64,000 bases of DNA from NCBI GenBank assembly GCA_965197525.1, contig OZ240211.1, forward strand, positions 2,016,001-2,080,000, written 5' to 3'. Source of the stretch: Nitrosopumilus sp. (lineage in GTDB: Archaea; Thermoproteota; Nitrososphaeria; Nitrososphaerales; Nitrosopumilaceae). Shown piece after piece: positions 30,966-41,311 of this stretch. The notes under the pieces are model-generated. The model saw only the letters and a list, made by a program, of their open reading frames with translations, was not told where the DNA came from and made no database searches. Every line of letters starts with the position of its first letter. The first letter of the stretch is position 1. The translations under genes were made by a program, and so were the position numbers.

Positions 30966-31447
30966 GTAAAAACGAAACAACTGCAAAAGTAGATTCTACA
31001 CACAAATCAAACAACACAACACAAAAAACAAATTCAGCACAAGTAAATTCTCGTGATATATTTTCAATATACAGAGAGAACGTAGACAAACTCTTCAAGA
31101 GTATTAGACAATCAGTACCGCAGTATCATCAATCAATTACTAATGTACAACAAGAATACCTGCAAGCATACGAAGGCCTGCTATATTCTGCAATGTCATT
31201 ACAGAAAGACTATGCAAAAAAGACCGGTGTTATATCCACTATTCCTGATGCAACAGTCCAAGTACTAGAGGAGACATCTAATGAATTTGTACATGCAGCT
31301 AATATACAAGATCAAATCGCACTTGCAACTATCAATGCAACACAACAAAATATCAAAACATTCAATGATAATGCAAAATCATTTGCTGATTTAAATAGAA
31401 ACATTCTAAAATCTTGGATCTCTGCATTTAACACAACAAGAAACTAG
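30962..31447 (+). CDS. Putative phasin (PhaP-like amphipathic helical protein)
   Basis: Q/N/A/T-rich helical 161 aa; ATGA overlap with the upstream gene; GGAGGTGA Shine-Dalgarno just upstream; context next to phaEC. Confidence 0.5.
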   Translation: MSKNETTAKVDSTHKSNNTTQKTNSAQVNSRDIFSIYRENVDKLFKSIRQSVPQYHQSITNVQQEYLQAYEGLLYSAMSLQKDYAKKTGVISTIPDATVQVLEETSNEFVHAANIQDQIALATINATQQNIKTFNDNAKSFADLNRNILKSWISAFNTTRN

Positions 31448-31486
31448 ATAAGATTTTTTTCCTTTATCTTTATATTTTTTTTTTTT

Positions 31487-32554
31487 TTATGATTTTTCTG
31501 CAAGCCATTTTCCAAGCTCGGGCAAAACCTTTTTCTGTGATAGCGAACTGGCAATCATTCCCACATGCCCTGTAGGGTATATTCTCAGTGTTTTATCCTC
31601 GCTATTTATTGCATAGTGTAACGGCATGCTACATTCAGGCGATACTAGATGATCTCCTACTGCAATCTGTGTGAATGTTGGCATGTCTATCCTCTTTAGG
31701 TTTACGTGATCGCCTCCAACATACATCTTGTTCTGAACTAGGAGGTTGTCCTGATAGATGTCCTTTATCCATTGTTTGAACAACTCCCCCGGAATTGGAG
31801 GTGTATCTCCTAACCATTTTTCTACTCTGAGAAAATTATCTACAAATTTCTTGTTGTTGATATTTTTAAAGAATTTAACGTATTTTTCAAGACCCTGCTC
31901 AAAGGGTTTTAAGACTGAAAAGCAGTAATACATGAATTCAGGAGGCATGTTCCCTATGGTCTCTACCATCTTCTCTACGTCGATGTTCTTTGCAAGGTTG
32001 CTGATTACTGTGGTATCGCGCCATCCGTCAATGACTGGTGCTGTTGCAATATAGTTTTTGACGCTCTGCGGATGAAGTGCCGTATACGCTGTAGCAATTG
32101 TCCCACCGGTACAATATCCCTGCAACGATATGCTCTCAACTGATGATTCATCTTTTATATGCTCTACATAAGAGTCAAGATATCCGTTGATATAATCATC
32201 AAAATCCAAGTATTTGTCCATGCTTGTTGGCGTTCCCCAATCAAGCATGTATACATCAAATCCTTGTTTTAGCAGGTTTCTCACCCAACTCTTTTCTGGC
32301 TGGATATCCAGTATATGATACCTGTTGATTAACGCATACGATATCAATAACGGTGTCTTGTACTGTTTTTCTGTAATGGGTTTGTAGTGGAGTAGTCTGG
32401 TCTTGTCCATCTTTTGTACTATGTCATATGGTGTAACCTCTAAAGTAATCTCATCTGGTGCTGCAACTAGTTTTGGAGCCTCTATGATGTTTTTACCAAA
32501 TTCTAGTATCTCCTCTACAATTCTGGGATCCAGATTTGGTTCACTATTGTGCAT
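31487..32554 (-). CDS. phaC: Class III polyhydroxyalkanoate synthase subunit PhaC
   Basis: TPLLISYALINRYHILD, GFDVYMLDWG, lipase box GYCTGG (Cys), GDHLV (Asp), PTGHVG (His). Confidence 0.93.
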   Translation of the reverse strand: MHNSEPNLDPRIVEEILEFGKNIIEAPKLVAAPDEITLEVTPYDIVQKMDKTRLLHYKPITEKQYKTPLLISYALINRYHILDIQPEKSWVRNLLKQGFDVYMLDWGTPTSMDKYLDFDDYINGYLDSYVEHIKDESSVESISLQGYCTGGTIATAYTALHPQSVKNYIATAPVIDGWRDTTVISNLAKNIDVEKMVETIGNMPPEFMYYCFSVLKPFEQGLEKYVKFFKNINNKKFVDNFLRVEKWLGDTPPIPGELFKQWIKDIYQDNLLVQNKMYVGGDHVNLKRIDMPTFTQIAVGDHLVSPECSMPLHYAINSEDKTLRIYPTGHVGMIASSLSQKKVLPELGKWLAEKS

Positions 32555-33125
32555 TGTTTTTTACCCTTTTTTCTTTTTTCTGTTTTAACTCTAGTTTTCT
32601 GACCCGTTTTTTGAGGGTGTGAATCTCTTTGTATACCTCGTCAATCTCTTCTTTGCTTGGGAGATTAACTGACTGTAATACTACATTTGTGATGTTATTC
32701 CAATGTTTTGTCAACTCTAACTCTTTTGAGACTAGCTTTCCATAGTTTTCTCCAAACTTTTTTGAATCAAACAACTCTGTGAAATCATTATCAAAGATAT
32801 CTATCCATATTCTCTTAAATGCCTCTAGATGTTCAGCATCTTGTGGTAGCTTTGGTACCTTTTGGTTTACCTTTTTTTGGGCATTCTCCCATGTGGCTGC
32901 CAGTTGTTTGTAATATTCTGTGATGTATTTGTTAAATCCAATCAAATCCTCATTAATCTCAATTAACTCTGTTGTAACTTTTTTAGAATTTGTGGCAAAT
33001 GCCCTCATGGGACCTGTTGATGCTAGTGCCTGCGGCTTACTTGACATCAGATGTATGATATCTGTCCAAAACAGTGATACGTGTTTGTAGTAATCAATTA
33101 CATCCTTTGATTGATTTGGCTGCAT
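32544..33125 (-). CDS. phaE: PHA synthase subunit PhaE
   Basis: LPSKEEIDEVYKEIHTLKKRVRKLE PhaE-type C-terminal motif; overlaps the phaC start. Confidence 0.85.
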   Translation of the reverse strand: MQPNQSKDVIDYYKHVSLFWTDIIHLMSSKPQALASTGPMRAFATNSKKVTTELIEINEDLIGFNKYITEYYKQLAATWENAQKKVNQKVPKLPQDAEHLEAFKRIWIDIFDNDFTELFDSKKFGENYGKLVSKELELTKHWNNITNVVLQSVNLPSKEEIDEVYKEIHTLKKRVRKLELKQKKEKRVKNNAQ

Positions 33126-33734
33126 ACGTTGTTTAAGATTCCTCGCAATAAATAGATCACGTGTTAAATTAATTTATGAATGGCTCTACTAGTTTTGTTG
33201 GTGTGTTAGAGCGTCTTGTAACTTGATTCTCAGATGTTAGGTGATGCTCTTAATGGCAGATGCATATTGGAGGATGGATGAGTGGCCGTCTGTTCATTTG
33301 AATTCAAAAAACATGGTGAGGTGACGTTCTTTGATACTGTCTTGGGTGTCAGGATGATATACGGGTTTGATGCAGAGTTTGACAATGTTTGTTTTTTAGT
33401 ATTATTGTGACAGGATTTTAATTTCTTGAGTTTTTTTTATGTGTGAATGATGCATCCCTACAATAGTTAGAGTGAATTCAATCAAATGGCATTTGTGCGA
33501 ATAAGAAAAGTCAAACAAATGATGATATCTCTCAAACTTTGCGGTTCTGATATTGGATACTGTTGTGGTAAGTGATTTTTCAGGCTAATTCTGGATTATC
33601 TGACCTTGATGAGACGCTTATGAGCGGTGTGATGTCATTCTTGATGGTGCCAAACACATCTTGATATATGTGTGGATTGTTAATCCGTTCACATCTTAGT
33701 TGGTTCGTACGTTGGTGCATATGGGCCTTCTGAT

Positions 33735-33777
33735 GGGGGGGGGGGGGTGGTGGTGGAGAGGAGGGGAGAGGAGGAAA
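33735..33777 (+). repeat. G13 homopolymer followed by a TGG/GGA-rich run (potential G-quadruplex)
   Basis: G13 at 33735-33747 then TGGTGGTGGAGAGGAGGGGAGAGGAGG, in an AT-rich intergenic region. Confidence 0.85.
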
Positions 33778-34097
33778 GTTATCCGACAAAGCATGTCCTC
33801 CATAGAGTTTTACTATCTTGTGTGATAAATTACACTATCGCTTTTTTGACTTAGAGATCTGCGTAACCATTATGATCAAATCAGAGACAGCACTCTTACG
33901 TGAAGAGTTATCCTGGCTAGCTAAAAAACGTGAGAAGAATTTTAGTCACAATCCTTATATAATAATCATTTTTTTAGTGCTGTCCACAAATTTCAAAATT
34001 ACTACTAGCACCATTATTAATTTACATCAAAACCAGTTGTGGGGGAGGAAGTAGAAGGTTAATCTACTTATTTGTATTGGCTGCGATCAAAGAACAT

Positions 34098-37000
34098 ATG
34101 TCACTTGACATTATCAAATATCTTGACTTCCGCAGATACTTGCAGTACCAAATACTGATCCTAAGCATCACGCTTTTGATATCTGTCAGTATGTTGACTG
34201 CAACACAGCTGGATATGTTTTTAATGGACGAGTTAGATTCACTATACGATACTGTATATACACCAATTCCAATATACGCATACGCACAATCGCAAACCGA
34301 TGACCCATTTCTAACTACGTGGGAGACAACTTTGCCCAACCAGACAATAAGCATACATGTAAGTGTACATTCAGGAGGAACCTTGACTATAGATTGGGGT
34401 GATGGTAGTACAGCAACCTCTGTAATTACTAACGGCGTACAATCACACACATACGCTACAGCCGGCTTATACCGTGTCACCATGACCGGAGACCTGTCGC
34501 AGATAAATCTTGGTGACAGTGACTCTACACCTACGTTGCTTCACTCAATCAACCAATGGGGAGACATCCGGTGGTCTACCATGAGTAGTGCGTTCAGAGA
34601 TGCCAGTAAGATGACCTACAACGCCACTGACGCACCGAATCTATCACAGGTTACCGACATGTCCAACATGTTCACCCGTGCCAGCGCATTTAACGGCGAC
34701 CTCTCTGACTGGGACACCTCCTCAGTTACTAGTATGCGCGCCATGTTCAGCGAGGCCAGCGCATTTAACGGCGACCTCTCTGACTGGGACATCTCCTCAG
34801 TTAAAACCATGTCAGACATGTTCAACTCTGCACGTGAATTTAATGCAGACATCTCCGGCTGGAACACCTCCTCAGTTACTACCATGTCCTACATGTTCCA
34901 AGATGCTAGAGCCTTCAACCAAGACCTCTCCACCTGGAACACCTCCTCAGTTACTACCATGTCCTACATGTTCACCTCTGCCTTCAAATTCAACGGCGAC
35001 ATCTCTGACTGGGACACCTCCTCAGTTGTATACATGCGCTACATGTTCTCCGCTGCTAAAGCCTTCAACCAAGACATCTCTAGTTGGGATGTCTCCTCAG
35101 TTACTTCCATGTCTTACATGTTCAACAATGCCAATGCTTTTAACCAGAACTTGGGCCCCTGGTACATTACACCGGATTCTGTAAACTTTTCTTATGCTGA
35201 TTCACTTAACATCACTGACATAACGCCACAGAATGGTGTACTTGCAGGACAAAACCCCACATACGCCATCGGTACTGGTGGCGACTCTTACCTGTTTGAG
35301 ATAGTGTCTGGTTCTGACATTCTGGCATTCAAGGCAGTGCCAACTAGTATCGGTGTGTATAATGTTACCGTGACTGCCACTGGAAACTCAGTTTTTGAGA
35401 AGCATAACAATCACCACATGATACAGGTAACTGTATCCCGCATTCCGATAGACCCTGACTTATTTGTGACTACATGGAAGACAACTTCACCCAACCAGAC
35501 AATACGCATACCTGTAAATGTACATTCAGGAGGAACCTTGACTATAGATTGGGGTGATAATGGCACAACAACCACGGTAAATTCTAACGGCGTACAGTCA
35601 CACACATACGCTACAGCTGGCTCTTATCATGTCACCATGGCTGGCGATCTGTCACGGATAAATCTTGGTGGCAGTGGCTCTACACCTACGTTGCTTCACT
35701 CAATTAACCAATGGGGAGACATCCAGTGGTCTACCATGACTTATGCATTCAGTGGTGCCAGTAAGATGACCTACAACGCCACTGACGCACCTGATCTATC
35801 ACAGGTTACTGACATGTCCCGCATGTTCAAAAATACCTACGCATTTAACGGAGATCTCTCCACTTGGAACACCTCCTCAGTTACCAACATGGTCAATATG
35901 TTCCAAAAGGCCCACAAATTTAACGGAGACATCTCCACTTGGAACACCTCCTCAGTTACCAACATGTCCCGCATGTTCGAAGAGGCCCACAAATTTAACG
36001 GAGACATCTCTGACTGGAACACCTCCTCAGTTACCAACATGGCCGCAATGTTCCAAGATGCCCCCAAATTTAACAGAGACCTCTCTGACTGGGACACCTC
36101 CTCAGTTAATACCATGTACTCTATGTTCAACGGTGCCCACAAATTTAACGGAGACCTCTCTGACTGGAACACCTCCTCAGTTTACGTCATGAGCCACATG
36201 TTCCAACATGCTAGAGTCTTCAACGCAGACATCTCCGGCTGGAATGTCTCCTTAACTGGCTCCATGAACTCCATGTTCTTACATGCCCGCGCATTTAACG
36301 CAGACATCTCCGGCTGGGACACCTCCTCAGCTGTATACATGCGCAACATGTTCTACGCTGCTAAATCTTTCAACCAAGACATCTCCGGCTGGGATGTCTC
36401 CTCAGTTTCCAACATGTCCCTCATGTTTACCCGTGCCGATAAATTTAACCAGAACTTGGGTCCATGGTACATTACACCGGATTCTGTAAACTTTTCTTAT
36501 ACTGATTCACTTGACGTCGTTGACATAAAGCCGCAGAATGGTGTACTTGCAGGACACAACCCAACATACGCCATCGGTACCAGTGGCGACTCTGACCTGT
36601 TTGAGATAGTGTCTGGTTCTGACACTCTGGCATTCAAGGCGGCGCCAACCAGTACAGGTGTGTATAACGTTACCGTGACTGCCACTGGAAACTCAGTTTT
36701 TGAGAAGCGTAACAATCACCACATGATACAGGTAACTGTATCTAGCATTCCGATAGATGATAGCTCATTTCTGACTACATGGGAGACGAGTTCTGCAGGC
36801 CAGGAGATAAGCATACCTGTAGAGGTACATTCAGGAAAAAACTTTACTATAAATTGGGGTGATGGTAGCACAACAGCCACAGTAAACTCTAATGGCACAC
36901 AGTCACACACATACGCTACATCTGGCTCTTACCGTGTCACCATGACTGGAGACCTGTCACGGATAAATCTTGGTGGCAGCGGCTCTACACCTGAGTTGCT

Positions 37001-40000
37001 TTACTCAATTGACCAATGGGGCGACATCCGGTGGTCTACCATGAATGGTGCATTTCGTGATGCCAGCGAGGTGATCTACGACGCCACTGACGCACCAAAT
37101 CTATCCCATGTTACCGACATGTCCCGCATGTTCCAAGATGCCAGTAAATTTAACGGAGATCTCTCTGACTGGAACACCTCCTCAGTTACCGACATGTCCC
37201 GCATGTTCTCCTCTGCCAGCGCATTTATCGGAGATCTCTCTGACTGGAACACCTCCTCAGTTACCGACATGTCCAGCATGTTTGCAGGCGCCAGCGCATT
37301 TAACGGAGACCTCTCCACTTGGAACACCTCCTCAGTTACCGACATGTCCAGCATGTTCACCTTTGCCAGCGCATTTAACGGCGATATCTCTGGCTGGAAC
37401 ACCTCCTCAGTTACCGACATGTCCAGCATGTTCACCTTTGCCAGCGAATTTACTGGAGACATCTCTGGCTGGAACACCTCCTCAGTTACCACCATGGCTG
37501 CCATGTTCTTCAGTGCTAGCACATTTAACGAAAACCTTGCCACTTGGAACACCTCCTCAGTTACCGACATGTCCAACATGTTCCTCAATGCTGGCGCATT
37601 TAACGGTGATATCTCTAGTTGGGACGTCTCCTCAGTTACTGCCATGTCCAACATGTTCAACAACGCCAATGCATTTGACCAGAACTTGGGTCCATGGTAC
37701 ATTGCACCGGATTCTGTAGACTTTTCTTATACTAATTCACTTAACGTCACTGACATAACGCCGCAGAATGGTGTACTTGCAGTACACAACCCAACATACG
37801 CCATTGGAACTGGTGGTAACTTTGATCTGTTTGAGATAGTGTCTGGTTCTGACACTCTCGCATTCAAAGCAGCACCAACCCATAACGGTCTCCATCAGGT
37901 CAACGTAACTGCCACTGGTGATTCAGTTTTTGAGAATGGCAACAATCACCGTATGATACAAGTAACTATATCTGGCATTCAGACAGACACCACTCCGCCT
38001 AGTATTACCTCTATACTGCGCAGCACTACTATCCCTGAATCCACATCTGCCACTACCCTGATGTTTGATGTCACGTTTAGTGAACCAGTCATCAATGTGG
38101 ATGCTGCTGACTTTACCGTATCAGGTACCGGCACAGGTTCTGTATCTAACATCTCAGGTTCCGGTTCTAGTTACATCGTCACAGTAGATGTAACATCAAA
38201 CAGTGGTACAATAGGATTGGATCTTGTATCAAACAACCATGGCATCATTGATTCTGCAGGTATTGCGCTAGCTGATACTAGTCCTGACCCTGACGAAACC
38301 TACACAATTGACACTATCTCTCCCTCATTGATATCCATAACTAGAAACTCACCTACAACTGAAACCACATCTGAAACCAGTCTTGACTTTGCAGTTACAT
38401 TCAGCGAACCGGTAACCAATGTTGGTCCAACTGACTTTGTGTTATCTCCTGTCACTGGCGCAGGTGCAGGTGACATAACCGTCTCTTCTGTCAATACATC
38501 ATCTTACGTGGTAACAGTTGCAGTTACTACTGCAGGCACCATCAACTTGGATGTTGCATCAAATCACGACATAACCGATACTGCAGGCAACTCCCTGACA
38601 ACTGCTACTGCACCTGACCCGGATGAATCCTTCACAGTTGACACTACACAGTTTACACCGTCAGTTAATACTAACACCCCATCACCTACAAACCAACAGT
38701 CAATAACATTCAAGGTTGACTTTGATGAACTAATTGATACTACCACATTTACTGAATCTGATGTATATGCATCTCAAGGCATTGTATCTACACCAACCAC
38801 AGATAACAACCAAACATTTGAATTCACAATAACGGGACTTACTGCTGGTCCCCTTGTTGTCTACATTCTTGCTGACTCTGTAGATGATCTTGCACAAAAC
38901 AAGAACTTGGTCTCAAACACAGTTACAATCACCATTGATACCACACCTCCATTACTCTCATCTATAACCAGAAGCTCACCTACATCAGAACTAACCTCCC
39001 TTACATCACTTGAATTTGCAGTTAACTTTAGCGAAGACGTAACCAATGTTGGTCCAGCTGACTTTGTATTATCCACTGTTACTGGCGCAGGTACAGGCAC
39101 CATAACCGTCTCTTCTGTCAATACATCATCCTATGTGGTAACAGTTGCAGACGCCACTGCAGGTACAATCAACTTGGATGTTGCATCAAATCACGACATA
39201 ACCGATACTGCAGGCAACCCTCTGACAACTACCACTACACCTAACCCAGATGAATCATTCACAGTTGACACTACCCAGTTTACACCATTCATCAGTACTG
39301 ATACTCAATCACCTACAAACCAACAGTCAATAACATTTACAGTTGACTTTGGCGAACCAATTGATACTACCACATTTACTGAATCTGATGTATCTACATC
39401 AGACGGCACTGTCTCTGCACCAACCACAGATAACAACCAAACATTTGAATTCACAATAACAGGACTGACTGCCGGTACCCTTACCGTCTCCATTCCTGCT
39501 GACTCTGTAGATGATCTTGCACAAAACAAGAACTTGGTCTCAAACACACTCACGATCACCATTGATACCACATCCCCGTCACTCTCATCCATAACCAGAA
39601 GCTCACCTACATCAGAACTAACCTCCCTTACATCACTTGAATTTGCAGTTAACTTTAGCGAAGACGTAACCAATGTTGGTCCAGCTGACTTTGTATTATC
39701 CACTGTCACTGGCGCAGGTACTGGCACCATAACCGTCTCTTCTGTCAATACATCATCCTATGTGGTAACAGTTGCAGACGCCACTGCAGGTACAATCAAC
39801 TTGGATGTTGCATCAAATCACGACATAACCGATACTGCAGGCAACTCCCTGACAACTGTTACTGCACCTAACCCAGATGAATCCTTCACAGTTGACACTA
39901 CACAGTTTACACCATCAATCAGCACTAGCGTCACATCACCTACAAACCAGCAGTCAATAACATTCACAGTTGACTTTGGCGAACCAATTGACCCTTTCAC

Positions 40001-41243
40001 ATTTACTGCATCTGATGTATCTGCATCTCAAGGCACTGTCTCTGCACCAACCACAGATAACAACCAAACATTTGAATTCACAATAACAGGACTGACTGCC
40101 GGTACCCTTACCGTCTCCATTCCTGCTGACTCTGTACACGATCTCGCCGAAAACAATAATCTAATCTCCAATACCGTTACAATCGAGGTTGGTAGTGCAA
40201 CACTTTACGTAACGTCCATAACTAGAAGTTCACCAACTTTGGAGATTACATCTGATGCTACTCCTGTATTCTTAGTCGAATTCAATACTGATGTGCAAAA
40301 CGTTGATCAAAGCGACTTTGAATTGTCACCGGATAGTCCAACTGATGGTTATTCACAGACATTTATGTATACCAGTACGCCATCCCTTGGTATAGTACCC
40401 CACAACACAGACAAGACAGACACCATCACAGTCTCTGCATCAGGCACTGTCTCTGCAGTATCAGTTGCAGTAGACATTACCCATGACTGGAGAGGTGATC
40501 TCCTAGTACAACTCGTCTCGCCTGACAACCAAATAGTAACACTGCACAACCGTGCAGGCGGTTCTGCAGACAACATCGTAGAAACATACACACTTGAATA
40601 CGACGATGTCGTCTCAATTAGCGGCGACTGGCAGTTACGCATGAATGACAACTATTATCTAGATTCTGGAGTCCTCAACTCTTGGACTCTTACACTCGGT
40701 GACGGTAGTACTACCATCAATCCTATTTCATCAGTAACCGGGTCTGGCAGCCAATACTATGTAACAATCACGGCAATTACATCGGGAATATACAATTTGG
40801 ACATAGCACAAGATACCGACATTGTCAATTCTGCAAACATTCCTTTGACTAGTCTTGTTCCTGCTAATCAGGATCACTCTTATAATGTCACTATCGTAGT
40901 TGATAATGTTAAACCAGTAATCACATTAACAGATTCTATCGTGGATACGATTCTTGGCACCCCATACGTTGATGCAGGTGCAACATGTATTGACGACACC
41001 GACGGCGATATCTCTCAATCTCATATTCAAGTTGATAATCCTGTCAACGCCAACATAGCTGGAACATATACTGTGACCTTTACATGTGACGACAGTGCCG
41101 GAAACCCTGCTGCGCCAATCACTAGAACAGTCAACGTCATAGACACGCCACCAACTATCACCTCTATTACCAGGTCTGATCCTGCAGACGCCTCTACTAA
41201 CGACACACCCTTGAATTTGCAGTACTATTCAGTGAGGCAGTAA
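34098..41243 (+). CDS. Giant surface protein 2, segment 1: signal/TM segment, 3 DUF285 cassettes, Ig-like repeats, P-domain, DUF5011-like domain
   Basis: ORF 34077..41243; hydrophobic ILILSITLLISVSML; WNTSSVTxMxxMF repeats; GxPYVDAGATCxDxxDGDI (DUF5011-like). Confidence 0.85.
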   Translation: MSLDIIKYLDFRRYLQYQILILSITLLISVSMLTATQLDMFLMDELDSLYDTVYTPIPIYAYAQSQTDDPFLTTWETTLPNQTISIHVSVHSGGTLTIDWGDGSTATSVITNGVQSHTYATAGLYRVTMTGDLSQINLGDSDSTPTLLHSINQWGDIRWSTMSSAFRDASKMTYNATDAPNLSQVTDMSNMFTRASAFNGDLSDWDTSSVTSMRAMFSEASAFNGDLSDWDISSVKTMSDMFNSAREFNADISGWNTSSVTTMSYMFQDARAFNQDLSTWNTSSVTTMSYMFTSAFKFNGDISDWDTSSVVYMRYMFSAAKAFNQDISSWDVSSVTSMSYMFNNANAFNQNLGPWYITPDSVNFSYADSLNITDITPQNGVLAGQNPTYAIGTGGDSYLFEIVSGSDILAFKAVPTSIGVYNVTVTATGNSVFEKHNNHHMIQVTVSRIPIDPDLFVTTWKTTSPNQTIRIPVNVHSGGTLTIDWGDNGTTTTVNSNGVQSHTYATAGSYHVTMAGDLSRINLGGSGSTPTLLHSINQWGDIQWSTMTYAFSGASKMTYNATDAPDLSQVTDMSRMFKNTYAFNGDLSTWNTSSVTNMVNMFQKAHKFNGDISTWNTSSVTNMSRMFEEAHKFNGDISDWNTSSVTNMAAMFQDAPKFNRDLSDWDTSSVNTMYSMFNGAHKFNGDLSDWNTSSVYVMSHMFQHARVFNADISGWNVSLTGSMNSMFLHARAFNADISGWDTSSAVYMRNMFYAAKSFNQDISGWDVSSVSNMSLMFTRADKFNQNLGPWYITPDSVNFSYTDSLDVVDIKPQNGVLAGHNPTYAIGTSGDSDLFEIVSGSDTLAFKAAPTSTGVYNVTVTATGNSVFEKRNNHHMIQVTVSSIPIDDSSFLTTWETSSAGQEISIPVEVHSGKNFTINWGDGSTTATVNSNGTQSHTYATSGSYRVTMTGDLSRINLGGSGSTPELLYSIDQWGDIRWSTMNGAFRDASEVIYDATDAPNLSHVTDMSRMFQDASKFNGDLSDWNTSSVTDMSRMFSSASAFIGDLSDWNTSSVTDMSSMFAGASAFNGDLSTWNTSSVTDMSSMFTFASAFNGDISGWNTSSVTDMSSMFTFASEFTGDISGWNTSSVTTMAAMFFSASTFNENLATWNTSSVTDMSNMFLNAGAFNGDISSWDVSSVTAMSNMFNNANAFDQNLGPWYIAPDSVDFSYTNSLNVTDITPQNGVLAVHNPTYAIGTGGNFDLFEIVSGSDTLAFKAAPTHNGLHQVNVTATGDSVFENGNNHRMIQVTISGIQTDTTPPSITSILRSTTIPESTSATTLMFDVTFSEPVINVDAADFTVSGTGTGSVSNISGSGSSYIVTVDVTSNSGTIGLDLVSNNHGIIDSAGIALADTSPDPDETYTIDTISPSLISITRNSPTTETTSETSLDFAVTFSEPVTNVGPTDFVLSPVTGAGAGDITVSSVNTSSYVVTVAVTTAGTINLDVASNHDITDTAGNSLTTATAPDPDESFTVDTTQFTPSVNTNTPSPTNQQSITFKVDFDELIDTTTFTESDVYASQGIVSTPTTDNNQTFEFTITGLTAGPLVVYILADSVDDLAQNKNLVSNTVTITIDTTPPLLSSITRSSPTSELTSLTSLEFAVNFSEDVTNVGPADFVLSTVTGAGTGTITVSSVNTSSYVVTVADATAGTINLDVASNHDITDTAGNPLTTTTTPNPDESFTVDTTQFTPFISTDTQSPTNQQSITFTVDFGEPIDTTTFTESDVSTSDGTVSAPTTDNNQTFEFTITGLTAGTLTVSIPADSVDDLAQNKNLVSNTLTITIDTTSPSLSSITRSSPTSELTSLTSLEFAVNFSEDVTNVGPADFVLSTVTGAGTGTITVSSVNTSSYVVTVADATAGTINLDVASNHDITDTAGNSLTTVTAPNPDESFTVDTTQFTPSISTSVTSPTNQQSITFTVDFGEPIDPFTFTASDVSASQGTVSAPTTDNNQTFEFTITGLTAGTLTVSIPADSVHDLAENNNLISNTVTIEVGSATLYVTSITRSSPTLEITSDATPVFLVEFNTDVQNVDQSDFELSPDSPTDGYSQTFMYTSTPSLGIVPHNTDKTDTITVSASGTVSAVSVAVDITHDWRGDLLVQLVSPDNQIVTLHNRAGGSADNIVETYTLEYDDVVSISGDWQLRMNDNYYLDSGVLNSWTLTLGDGSTTINPISSVTGSGSQYYVTITAITSGIYNLDIAQDTDIVNSANIPLTSLVPANQDHSYNVTIVVDNVKPVITLTDSIVDTILGTPYVDAGATCIDDTDGDISQSHIQVDNPVNANIAGTYTVTFTCDDSAGNPAAPITRTVNVIDTPPTITSITRSDPADASTNDTPLNLQYYSVRQ

Positions 41244-41311
41244 CAGGCGTCAGCACAGATGACTTTGAGTTATCCCCTGACAGTCCTGCGTCTAATGCCA
41301 CTCAAACACTT

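Noticed and set aside
33580-33789. 69-aa poly-proline ORF
   Set aside because: The Pro run is just the complement of the G13 tract; no other coding evidence.
34600-37700. Possible diversity-generating retroelement target
   Set aside because: No reverse transcriptase, no TR/VR pair, and variation is not confined to adenine positions.
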